This document shows positions 41,269 to 51,072 of a DNA stretch of 64,000 nt, one piece after another (within the stretch, counting starts at the first letter, position 1; every line of letters starts with the position of its first letter). The stretch lies in IMG/VR virus record IMGVR_UViG_3300027770_000039, positions 32,001 through 96,000 of that record. One strand, given 5' to 3'. The notes below the pieces were generated by a model that saw only the letters and a list, made by a program, of their open reading frames with translations, did no database searches and was not told the origin of the DNA. This stretch comes from a virus. The position numbers and the translations under genes were made by a program.

Positions 41269-42018
41269 TTAAGAGGATTTAGACGCCTTAAACTCATTTT
41301 CAAATTGTTTACACATATTCGTAATTTCATCATACATTTCTGTAATTTCTAAAAAATTTTCTTTTTCTAAGTTTTCTTTAATTGTAAAAAACAATTTAGC
41401 CTTATTATAAATTTTAGGCTTTTCTTCTGGTACGGCATTAGTGTACCCTGGATGAGATAATGGGTGAACTCGTATTTCTTTTCTTGCTTTTTCTAAAAAT
41501 TTATCACAATCTTCATTAGAAAGAGAAAGATCTTTTCCTAACAGTGCTTTTGTGAAAAAATTAATATCTGACGTAACCTGGTCGAAAGTAAAGACATTAA
41601 GATTTTTAAAATTATCTAGTGTCGCTTTGGCATACCCTTTATATATCTGTATCTGGGCATATATGTGTTCGTCCATATTAAAGTCAGGGATTTCTGCTGC
41701 AATAACAACCCCGTTAGATACAGTATCTCCAGCTCCCCCATACGTTTTAGTAATTACTGAAGATATAACATCTTTAGGGTTTCTTACAACAGTAACCTGT
41801 TTTATTGTGTCATAAATTCCATACAATGACATGATGTTGTTAGATCTTGATACAAAGTTATTGTCAAAAGACGGGATAGGGCTAGTGTTAATTGTATTTA
41901 TATTAGAATCTAGAGGATTTCCTCCTCTACGGTTAATACTTTTTGCTAATAGGTATTGTGACCAAGTAGATCCACTTCTAGGCATAGAGTTAATTATTAT
42001 TTGATTGTATTTATACAT
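41269..42018 (-). CDS. Sulfotransferase-like protein
   Basis: 5'-PSB-like SMPRSGSTW and 3'-PB-like VRNPKDVISS. Confidence 0.7.
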   Translation of the reverse strand: MYKYNQIIINSMPRSGSTWSQYLLAKSINRRGGNPLDSNINTINTSPIPSFDNNFVSRSNNIMSLYGIYDTIKQVTVVRNPKDVISSVITKTYGGAGDTVSNGVVIAAEIPDFNMDEHIYAQIQIYKGYAKATLDNFKNLNVFTFDQVTSDINFFTKALLGKDLSLSNEDCDKFLEKARKEIRVHPLSHPGYTNAVPEEKPKIYNKAKLFFTIKENLEKENFLEITEMYDEITNMCKQFENEFKASKSS

Positions 42019-42742
42019 TATATCTCTTATATTCTCGGTCTAGTGAATCGTCGAAAAAGAGAGTGAATTTGGATATTTCATGTTCTCCTAATTTCTTGCC
42101 ACTTAGATCAATTCCTTTTCGATAAAGTCCAGTACCCCTACCAAGTTCTGTCTGACTATCTACATATGCATGTTGATCTTCAGGTGGAAAGTCCTCTAAC
42201 ATTCTTTCATTATATTTAACAGTAATTTTACTATTATTAAGTGCGGCGGCGGAAAAGGGCATAAATGCTGCTATTTGTGTATATGCAGGTATAGTTATTT
42301 TCTTATTAGGTTCGGTTAACCTCAAAGTAATTTCCCATGCACCTTTAAAAAAGGAGGTGGAAAGAAGTGTTGTATATACCTGAAATCCTTCATAGAACTT
42401 ATTAGGAATAGGATAGGCCAACATGCTAGTATTCTTATCTGTCTTAAATCTAAGTCCTGTAGATATAGCTAATGTGGCCCAACCTCTATGTTTATGTATC
42501 CAAGTATCTCCAGAATGTACTGTAATTCCATGATTTTCTTCTGAGTCATATGTCCCATCCCAGGTAAAGGAGATATCTTCTGGAAATGATATGCCATACC
42601 CCATCTGGTTAGCCAATGTCATAGGCATACATCTGTATACTGCATCAAATGGAAGATTATCCATCCAATCTCTCTGTACTGGAAGAGGAGAAATTATTCC
42701 AGATCCCCCGCCTTTTAATTTATAAACTTCAACCTCGTACAT
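42011..42742 (-). CDS. DUF6065 family protein
   Basis: RDWMD...YRCMPMTLANQMGY...FTWDG...GLRFKT. Confidence 0.7.
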   Translation of the reverse strand: MYEVEVYKLKGGGSGIISPLPVQRDWMDNLPFDAVYRCMPMTLANQMGYGISFPEDISFTWDGTYDSEENHGITVHSGDTWIHKHRGWATLAISTGLRFKTDKNTSMLAYPIPNKFYEGFQVYTTLLSTSFFKGAWEITLRLTEPNKKITIPAYTQIAAFMPFSAAALNNSKITVKYNERMLEDFPPEDQHAYVDSQTELGRGTGLYRKGIDLSGKKLGEHEISKFTLFFDDSLDREYKRYNV

Positions 42743-42943
42743 TTAAACCAATACGTAGGATAGAAATATGTAAGCAAATCCAAAGATAAGCATACTTGCA
42801 ACTAGCTTCTTATAAATAGTACCCATCCCATCATTATACAATATTAGACTATATATAGCTATATAATCCTAGTTGACTAGAATATATATACCAACATTAC
42901 AAGAAAAAAGATTACTCCTATGGTTATATAATCTGCTTTGCCA

Positions 42944-43477
42944 TTATTCATTAATTTCAGTTACCTTAAAATTGTCCCAAACAACAAATGCAGTTACAGG
43001 TCTTACTTTTTTGTTTTTACTAGGCTGATGATGATTCCAATAACATAAATCTTGCTTATTAGCAGTTTCTATAGCTTCCTCTTCACTATTAGCCATAACT
43101 TCAATTTCATAAGATTCTTCCGTTTTGCATAAAACTTTATAGGACTTGCTTCCTTCTCCAAATTTCTGTCTTGGATCTACTAAAAACGTATATTCAAAAA
43201 ATTTTCCTTTTAATACTTCAAATTTAAGTTTTTCATTAAAAAGTATAGATCCACCTTCACATACGGATGTAATTTTGTCTCCAGTTTCTTCTGGAAATAC
43301 CACGCTAAAATTATCTTCTCTAGCTACTAAAGCTTTTATATAAAAAGGATCTTTATTTTCATAACGATACATGTATTTACTTATTACCGTTTGTTGGATT
43401 TTCATCATAACTTCTAGATTATCTTCTAAGTTTAAGCCATGGAAGGTATTAACATTTGTTACTATGCACTCTTCCAT
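42944..43477 (-). CDS. Hypothetical protein
   Basis: GAAGGA RBS; the C-terminal IEVMANSEEEAIETA motif is common in phage proteins. Confidence 0.6.
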   Translation of the reverse strand: MEECIVTNVNTFHGLNLEDNLEVMMKIQQTVISKYMYRYENKDPFYIKALVAREDNFSVVFPEETGDKITSVCEGGSILFNEKLKFEVLKGKFFEYTFLVDPRQKFGEGSKSYKVLCKTEESYEIEVMANSEEEAIETANKQDLCYWNHHQPSKNKKVRPVTAFVVWDNFKVTEINE

Positions 43478-43527
43478 ATATTTCCTTCTATGCTTTATGT
43501 TTTCTGTGTATTTTCCAGAATTGGAGC

Positions 43528-43690
43528 ATAGGAACCCCTACACCCCTTAAAAATTAAAGAGTATCCCCGAAACTGGCACTAGGTTGTAAACCCGCAATTA
43601 ATCGGTTCCTGCTTTGCTTAATGACTTTTCCGTCATTGTATGCACCTGAAGTTTAACCCCTTGATATTATCTCCGAAAACTGTTCAAGGT
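43528..43690 (-). ncRNA. Candidate structured leader / ncRNA
   Basis: TTGACC-18-TATCAT promoter (43724-43695); stems AACCTTGA/TCAAGGGGTT, AATGAC/GTCATT and AGGAACC/GGTTCCT; no ORF. Confidence 0.4.
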
Positions 43691-43733
43691 TATCATGATA
43701 GCATTTAAAATATTTCTAGGTCAAGGATATTTA

Positions 43734-44024
43734 TTATTTATTTTTAGGAATTAAAGTCTGAGGTCCTTCTGTACCAAATAAAGATTTTTTAATAGGAACA
43801 CAGTTAGGTACCTGTCGACCATTTTTATCTTTCATGCCTACCTGCTTGTATCCGCTCCAACAAGCCTTTTGCATATTGTCCCATTTGTCTTCTTCTTCGT
43901 TATCTGACTCATAATCTTCGGATTTATACATATTGTCATGGCCTTTGCACATTTTCATATCACAGCCACCGCTTGCCTTGCACGCCATGCAGCCATTACA
44001 CTTACAGCTTATTGTATTATCCAT
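43734..44024 (-). CDS. Cys-rich protein with a CWxGY...PNCVP motif
   Basis: N-terminal CxCxxCxxC cluster; KACWSGYKQVGMKDKNGRQVPNCVP; leaderless after TGCTATAAT. Confidence 0.7.
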   Translation of the reverse strand: MDNTISCKCNGCMACKASGGCDMKMCKGHDNMYKSEDYESDNEEEDKWDNMQKACWSGYKQVGMKDKNGRQVPNCVPIKKSLFGTEGPQTLIPKNK

Positions 44025-44318
44025 AATTAAATTATAGCATTATTAATTTTAAGATCTTAGATATATAATCTTAGTCGACTAGTATTTTAGATTTCATAAA
44101 ATGTTAATATATTTTTAATTTGTATGATACACCCCTGCGAGATGTCCGATATGCCCCATTAGTGCGACCATATGTGATGTAACTCATATGGTTTTAGCAA
44201 AGTTTTTTTTAATTTGTCCGACATGTCCGATTTGTGAGTGGCAAATTGTCAGTCCCCCCTGTTAGGATTATAGTATAAAGAAAGTAAGAAACTCTTACTA
44301 AAGAAAGGCGGTAATCTA

Positions 44319-44423
44319 ATGAACGATTATCTAGACTATATGGACGAAATCTACGAGGAACTCGTAGAGGAATTCGGACACGAAATTGAGTCCGTGTGTG
44401 AGCATAATCACACTAACGCCTAA
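44319..44423 (+). CDS. 34-aa highly acidic peptide, first gene of the rightward region
   Basis: MNDYLDYMDEIYEELVEEFGHEIESVCEHNHTNA; GAAAGGCGG RBS downstream of the 44246 promoter. Confidence 0.55.
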   Translation: MNDYLDYMDEIYEELVEEFGHEIESVCEHNHTNA

Positions 44424-44583
44424 CGGCGTGTCGCTTGATAATGTCAGTCTAATCTGATAGTCTTGCGACATACAAATTAAATAAAGAATTAGAGCGTGAG
44501 CCTAGCAAATAATCCGAAAGGTGAGCCTAGCAAATAACCGCTCAATAACCAACTAACAACTAACGAAAAGGATAGAAAATAAA

Positions 44584-45249
44584 ATGACAATAACATACTC
44601 AATATGGGACGGCGCTCAACTACTAGGCGTTGATTTCAAGGCTACTAGCGCCGATGAAATGAATAAGGTCGTAGCAGACCTACAAAAAGTTTCTAAAAAT
44701 GTTGTAGCACATATGCGAAAGGTGGAAATGTAATGATGACTAAATGGGATACTATTCAGGCAGATGTAAGCGATGCTTATGCTTATCTTGATGAAGAAGA
44801 AGCCTATAATAAGGCACTAGAAGAAGGCTTAGTAATAGGCTCTACCGAATATGACGAAGATGAATTATCTAAATCATTAACATTAGATTGGGAGGCATAC
44901 GAATAATGAACTTAGAATTGTTATTAGATAGCGAATACTTTTCGCTATACATTAACGGGCTTTGGCCTAATGGTGTCGGTATAGATATCCCGACATGGCT
45001 ACTAGTTGGCTCTATTGCTTTTGTTTATTCTATCGTATTACTTAGAAGAGATAAATGAAATCACAATTAGAGAAAGAAATCGAAATAAAAGAAAGTTTCG
45101 ACCAGATGTTAGATGATAGTTATCCCGATGTAAAAATCGGATACTCAACATTTACCGCCTCCGAAATACTTTTTAATTGCGACCCTATCGCTTACCAAAT
45201 GGGATTAGTAGAGCATGAAGATTATTTAGCAGAAATGGAAAATGAATAA
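44584..45249 (+). CDS. Run of four coupled small early ORFs (MTITYSIWDG..., MMTKWDTIQAD..., MNLELLLDSE..., MKSQLEKEIE...)
   Basis: Overlapping stop/start junctions with RBSs; only 45055..45249 appears in the ORF track. Confidence 0.55.
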
Positions 45250-45626
45250 TGGAAAACGGCGCAGATAAGTTAGCTAACCAATTTAAAAATTCGGTTGAGT
45301 TAGATCACCTAACCGAAATACAATTAAAAATGGTTGAAGAAATTTTACTAAATAAATTTGGTAAAAAAATAAAATAAATAACGGCGTGTCGGCTTGACAA
45401 AATCGGAAGCGCCCACAAAAGCTGTGGGGGCATTTTGTGATTTAAGACACACTATAAAAAAACCCCGAATCCTGCGGCGTGTCGATTTGACAGACAATTC
45501 GGACATTTAGGTGTGATTAACAACACACTGCTTGAGCGTCTCATTATTTGGAATTACTGGAAAGTAACATGAAATTGTCGGTGGCTTCCGCTATAATTGC
45601 GGTATAACGAAAGGAAGTGGCTAACA

Positions 45627-45827
45627 ATGGCTAACTTATACACAATAGAAAACTTGCTAATTGGCAAGACTTACAAATCAACAACTTTGCGTGGAGAAAT
45701 TATCTCAGCAGAGAAATCTCCTCACCCAATTTGGTATGGTGATAATACCGAAGCCTATTTGGTAGAAATTAACGCTGGAACTTTCCGCAATAAATTCCGC
45801 ACAATAGCGGTGAAAGTTGGTGAGTAA
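45627..45827 (+). CDS. Small early protein (MANLYTIENLL...)
   Basis: Start re-called after the AACGAAAGGAAG RBS, downstream of the 45575 promoter. Confidence 0.65.
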   Translation: MANLYTIENLLIGKTYKSTTLRGEIISAEKSPHPIWYGDNTEAYLVEINAGTFRNKFRTIAVKVGE

Positions 45828-46351
45828 TAATGGGATACATTGAAATTTTCACCATGAATTCTGAGGGTGCTGGGTGGCTTGACCTCTCAGATATTCCCGC
45901 CGAAACTTTATTAGAATTGGAAATCGGATTATTTCAGGAAGGTGCGCTCTAGGGCGTGTCTATCCCGAAATTGTCGGTGGCTTAGGCTATAATTACATTA
46001 ACAACAACGAAAGGAAAACTAAAGTGGGAAATATACTAGAAATACTTGCCGTATCTTGTGATGAGTGTGGCGGTGCTGGCTTCGTATTTTGGGGCGATGA
46101 AAACAATTACGATGTAGAGAGTTGCGATTGCGCTCTAGAAATGTGGGGTATCTAATGTATAGACTAGATACTTACTATGATGGCGAATTAGAATATACAC
46201 ACAAATTCGCTGACGCATTACAAGCATTTGAGGCTTTTGCAAAATGTTATGATGTCGGATTTGCTAAAGAATTCGCAACATATAATTTATCTTTGCCAAC
46301 GGGCAAAATGTATACTAAAAACTTTAATCGGATTGGATTGGTGTCGCAGAA

Positions 46352-46543
46352 ATGATGACCCGAAAAGATTATATTGCTACTGCTGAAATATTAAAATATA
46401 TTAGCAATAAAACTCACCCTGCTGTTTTTTCTAAAACCGTTCATGACTTTGCGGAGATGTTTGCAAAAGATAATGAGCGATTTGATGTAACAAAATTTCA
46501 TGAAGCGAGTGGGTATCGTGTTCCTAACTTCTCTTCAAAATAA
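46352..46543 (+). CDS. Small phage protein (MTRKDY...DNERFD..KF family)
   Basis: Recognisable small-phage-protein motif; coupled to the upstream ORF. Confidence 0.65.
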   Translation: MMTRKDYIATAEILKYISNKTHPAVFSKTVHDFAEMFAKDNERFDVTKFHEASGYRVPNFSSK

Positions 46544-46975
46544 AGTAAAACGAATTCAGGAATTGCGCCGTAGTAATGCGGCGCAACCTGTTCGCAATAA
46601 AAAAAAATACACACGCAAAATAAAACATAAAAAATCTGATCTAATTTAATTGTGGATAGCTAACAACGCGGTCGGGCGTGTCGCGCCCACAAGGGTGCGG
46701 GGTCGGGCGTGTCCTTAAGAGTGTGATTAAAAACACCCTGAAAGCTGGGGTGTTTTGTAATAAATGTCAGTCAACCCTGATATACTATCAACTCAAACAA
46801 CGAAAGGTCAACTCATGAATGATATTAACTCATGCTACTGTACTAACTATTCTATTTGCACAATTTGTGTAATGGGATATTACCGTGATGAAACATTCGA
46901 CTATATGGAAACACGTATGGCCGATGCGGAAATGGGGGATTTATAATGTCGGACCCAACTGTTATAATTACTCCC

Positions 46976-47695
46976 ATGAAATTAAAAAGATCTAATGATC
47001 GCAAAGTCGCTAACCTTGTTACAAAGAATGGCAAGCAAGCAGCAATTGCTAATACTTTTGGCCTGCCTGCAGGTAAGTCATACTCATGCCCTGGCGCAAC
47101 TACTATTTGTGAGACTGTTTGCTATGCGGGAAAATTAGAAAAACTTTATAAGGCTGTTAAGGCTAATCTGCTGCACAATTGGGAATTGTTACGCAATGCG
47201 GATAATGACACAATGGTGCGTTTATTGGATGAGATGATCATAGAATTTGTTGCCGATTGTGATAAGAAGAATGCGCCTAAGTTATTCCGTATCCACTGGG
47301 ATGGCGATTTTTTTAATGATACTTATACCTATGCCTGGAAGACTATTATCGAAAAGCATTCCGATATTCAATTTTGGGTGTACACGCGGGTAAAAGACGC
47401 AGCGCTTATTCTAAAAGATATATCTAATCTATCTTTATATTATTCTACGGATGATGATAATAAAGAGATCGGCCATGAACTAAAAGTAAATGAAGGAATT
47501 CGCCTTGCTTACTTAGGAAAGACTTTTGCGCTTACCGAAAGTACAATGAAAGAATTGACGGGTAAGCCTGGCGCTAAATGTCCTGAGAATATGAAAAGTA
47601 TTCCGCTTATCTCAAGCGCAGGCAGTGCGTGTGTATCATGCGGCTTATGTGTTTATGGTAAAGCAGATATTAGATTTAGTGCTAGTAAAAAATAA
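46976..47695 (+). CDS. Gp88-like Fe-S / radical-SAM-related phage protein
   Basis: FGLPAG..YSCPGA...C...CYA, FRIHWDGDF, FWVYT and a C-terminal CP...CxxCxxC. Leaderless ATG 7 nt after TATAAT (46963-46968). Confidence 0.75.
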   Translation: MKLKRSNDRKVANLVTKNGKQAAIANTFGLPAGKSYSCPGATTICETVCYAGKLEKLYKAVKANLLHNWELLRNADNDTMVRLLDEMIIEFVADCDKKNAPKLFRIHWDGDFFNDTYTYAWKTIIEKHSDIQFWVYTRVKDAALILKDISNLSLYYSTDDDNKEIGHELKVNEGIRLAYLGKTFALTESTMKELTGKPGAKCPENMKSIPLISSAGSACVSCGLCVYGKADIRFSASKK

Positions 47696-47989
47696 ACAGA
47701 AAAGGTATAATATACTATGGAATTAATTGGAGCGCTAATTGGATTCTTTTTTGTTTTGTTTTTAATTTTTCCCCCTTTAATTTTTTTATTTGTTTTATTA
47801 TATACAAAACCTGATATAGATAACAACGGGCTTAGCGGGGAACAATAGCGCCGAAGCTGCGCCCACAAGGGTACGGGGTCGGGCGTGTCGTTACGGGTGT
47901 GATGTAAAACACCCCGAAACCCTACAGATATGTAAAGAATTGTCGGTGTATTGTGGTAAAATACTCTTATCCAACAACGAAAGGCTCTA

Positions 47990-48753
47990 ATGAAAACACT
48001 AGAACACTCTCTTAGATTTATTACAGAGTTAGATGAAACTAATCCAACCGCACAACGATTACTAGCATTAGATACAACTACGCAGGCACTATTATTAGAA
48101 GCCATGCTACACAATTTACTTGTTCCTGATATTATGCCACTTATAGATAATCTAAACTCAGGCAATTCTTACGCAACACTAAAGGTTGTGAAATAATGTT
48201 AGCAACTGCCATCGGAATACTTGACGCAACCAAAGATAGTATTTTTGACGATGAAATTATGGGATTAGCAGGCGAACTCCATGAACGCAGAAATGAACTA
48301 TCAGATGAAACTTTTGCTAAGTATTTATTTATGTATTCCACAGCCCTATCTAGCAAAGTAGCCGACCTAGTAACTAAGGTCTGCCTAAGCAAAGAGGAAA
48401 TGTCGGTGCTATGCGCTACAATAGACGAAATGGACAACCTATCAGAAACTATACTAGAAGAGGATAAATAAATGGGAAGCATAACAGCACTAGGAATACA
48501 GGATACAGTTTTGGATTTAGAAACACAATTACTCTATCACTTAAAGGGTAATCATTACCCTCCCGTTCCAGCTGAAATGGTAAAGCCTTGTATAGATGCC
48601 ATTGACGCATACTACGATAATGATTTTGATCGAGAGATAGATATGCCTAAAGTAAATGATTTTCAGATTACCTATAAGGGAAGCCTTACCGCACCAGCGT
48701 GGGCTATCGTAGAGCAACACCACCTAGAGTTTTGGCTGCCTGAATGTGATTAA
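47990..48753 (+). CDS. Three coupled small early ORFs (47990..48196, 48196..48471, 48472..48753)
   Basis: RBS and promoter upstream; the last ORF has the HL.GNHYPPVP...IVEQHHL motif seen in phage early genes. Confidence 0.65.
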
Positions 48754-48847
48754 CCTCACACAATAACTTTCTCAAATAATGAGATGCGGATACTAAATGT
48801 CGGTGGTGTCCGCTATAATACTACTAACAACAAACGAAAGGAAACAA

Positions 48848-49003
48848 ATGACCAACTCAACACTAGAGGTCGGACAGACCTACACAACTACAACCAGTAA
48901 TGTTGTAGGTATTATCAAAGCAATAGACAACCACCCAAGCGGTGTAAGTCGTATCTTGCTTGATGTAAATGGCAAAGAGCGTTGGACAAGTCTAACTAAC
49001 TAA
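48848..49003 (+). CDS. Small early protein (MTNSTLEVGQ...)
   Basis: Start re-called after AACGAAAGGAAA. Confidence 0.6.
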   Translation: MTNSTLEVGQTYTTTTSNVVGIIKAIDNHPSGVSRILLDVNGKERWTSLTN

Positions 49004-49071
49004 GCGTAAGGCGGATACCGCTTGTCGGTGGTATCCGCTATAATAAACCCACCTAACGAAAGGAAACACAA

Positions 49072-49494
49072 ATGGCAAGAGGCAAAGCAATACAGGTAAA
49101 AATACCTACTGCTAAGGTTATCAAAGCCTTAGAAACAAGATTAGCCAAACTAGAGGCTGATTACACAAAGCAAGATGAAAATGAAGCAAAGTTCCAAAAG
49201 AAATTGGAAGCATGGAAAAAAGATATTGGGAAGTGGGCTATTGCTAATTTCTCAAAGGCGCAAGACCTACGCACCAACTATCGCCAATGGAACAAAACTC
49301 TCAATGTTGATTTTGATATTGTAGTAAGCGAAAAGGATTTTCCTGCTGAACCAGTAAAGGACTACGAGCAAATCCATCAGCACTCTTATCGTGAGATGAA
49401 AGACGAAATGGAAAATGCTATCCGTATTCTTAAAATGACCGATGAGGAAACAGTTAGCGCAAGCACCTATAACGCTATTGCTCGTTATCTCTAA
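49072..49494 (+). CDS. Hypothetical coiled-coil early protein
   Basis: Own promoter and RBS; 140 aa. Confidence 0.7.
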   Translation: MARGKAIQVKIPTAKVIKALETRLAKLEADYTKQDENEAKFQKKLEAWKKDIGKWAIANFSKAQDLRTNYRQWNKTLNVDFDIVVSEKDFPAEPVKDYEQIHQHSYREMKDEMENAIRILKMTDEETVSASTYNAIARYL

Positions 49495-49566
49495 ATAACA
49501 GATGGGGGCTAGACAAAATCTAGCCCCCTATGTTATACTTTTTATCCCTACTAACAAAGGAACAAA

Positions 49567-49779
49567 ATGCGATATAGATTAGAAATCTATGATGCTAATA
49601 AATCTCACGACATTTCCATACCACTTGCTGAAAGTATCAACTATCCAAAAATTGCTAACATAGTTAAGCAAAATATAAAAAACTTTCAGGGTGATGTAAA
49701 AGCATATGTATTTGATGTAACTAATAATAAAAAGATCACAGCGGCGTATTTCCCAGAAGAAATTCATTCACTAATCTAA
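49567..49779 (+). CDS. Hypothetical protein
   Basis: TAGACA-18-TATACT promoter and AAAGGA RBS. Confidence 0.6.
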   Translation: MRYRLEIYDANKSHDISIPLAESINYPKIANIVKQNIKNFQGDVKAYVFDVTNNKKITAAYFPEEIHSLI

Positions 49780-49955
49780 AGCTTGGGGCGGGTTTTTATG
49801 TTTTCCCGCCCCATCTTCCCATGCGCCCAACCTTGGGGACTTATCCACAGCCTTACGGAAATCTGTGGAAAACCCCTGAAACCTGATGTAAAATAAGATA
49901 GACAATGTCAGTGCCAACTGTTATAATAAACCTAACAAACAAACGAAAGGATAAA

Positions 49956-50963
49956 ATGGCTCATAATCTAGAAGTGCAAGATGGTGAAGTAGCATTTGCG
50001 TTACGTGGCGCACCTGCTTGGCACAATCTTGCAAATCGCATTTTCGCTCAAGATGAAAATGTAACTACCGCAACAATGCTTGAAGAAGCAAAGTTAAATA
50101 ACTGGAATGTTCGCTTGTCGGACGTTGCAGATCACATCCCTAACACATGGAGAAATACATCAGATAATTTCTATGTGATTCGTGATAACCCATTTGATCA
50201 AGGCACTGATGTTCTATCAGTTGTTGGAAAGCGATACAAGACTGTTCAGAATGAAGAGTTATTTCAATTCGCCGACAACGTTTTAGACAATGGCGATGCA
50301 AAATGGGAATCTGCTGGCTCAATTAAAAAGGGCAAAGTTGTATTCGGCTCATTGGATATTCCTCGTGAAATCGTATTAGACCCACAAGGTGTTAACGATA
50401 GAACTAAGTTATATTTAATCGTATGGACATCACACGACGGCTCAGTTGCCGTTCAAGCAGCAATCACACCTGTTCGTGTTGTCTGCCAAAATACTCTTAA
50501 CCTTGCAATGAAGGGCGCTAAGCAATCTTTCAAGATTCGCCACACACAAACTGCTGAAGGCAGAATTGTGCAAGCCCGTCAAGCATTGGGATTAACATTT
50601 GCGTATGCAGATGAATTTCAAAAGCAAGCACAAGAGTTATTTACTCAATCAGTTACCGATAAGCAATTCTCGGATTTGATTCGCAATCTATACCCAAAGC
50701 CTGAGTCAGATGTTAAAGGCGCATTGAAGAAGTGGGAGAATAAGGTTGTTCTAATTGATGACCTTTATCATAACTCACCAACTAATTCTACAATCAAGGG
50801 AACTGCTTGGGGTGCATTTAATGCACTAACTGAGCGTTTAGATTATTACCGCACATCACGCACTGGTAATACTGAATCGCTAAATGCTGGCGCAAGTGGG
50901 TTCGACCCAATTTTAACTGCAGAGAAAAATAAAATTCTCAAAGCAGTTAAAGCCTTAGCCTAA
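49956..50963 (+). CDS. DUF932 family (phage/plasmid-like) protein
   Basis: PAWH.L, VVGKRYKTVQN, SHDGS, TPVRVVCQNTL, IRHT and TAWGAFNA.TE..D; start re-called at MAHNLEV. Confidence 0.85.
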   Translation: MAHNLEVQDGEVAFALRGAPAWHNLANRIFAQDENVTTATMLEEAKLNNWNVRLSDVADHIPNTWRNTSDNFYVIRDNPFDQGTDVLSVVGKRYKTVQNEELFQFADNVLDNGDAKWESAGSIKKGKVVFGSLDIPREIVLDPQGVNDRTKLYLIVWTSHDGSVAVQAAITPVRVVCQNTLNLAMKGAKQSFKIRHTQTAEGRIVQARQALGLTFAYADEFQKQAQELFTQSVTDKQFSDLIRNLYPKPESDVKGALKKWENKVVLIDDLYHNSPTNSTIKGTAWGAFNALTERLDYYRTSRTGNTESLNAGASGFDPILTAEKNKILKAVKALA

Positions 50964-50969
50964 ATAAAT

Positions 50970-50994
50970 GGGGCCCGAAAGGGCCCCGTTTCTT
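50970..50994 (+). terminator. Hairpin GGGGCCC-GAAA-GGGCCCC
   Basis: Perfect GC stem with a GNRA loop followed by GTTTCTT. Confidence 0.7.
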
Positions 50995-51068
50995 GGTCCA
51001 TTAGCTCAGCTGGTTAGAGCGCTACCCTGTCACGGTAGAGGCCGACGGTTCAAGTCCGTTATGGATCG
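50995..51068 (+). tRNA. tRNA-Asp(GTC)
   Basis: Acceptor GGTCCAT/ATGGATC, anticodon arm CTACC-CTGTCAC-GGTAG, GGTTCAAGTCC T arm, G discriminator. Confidence 0.93.
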
Positions 51069-51072
51069 CAAA

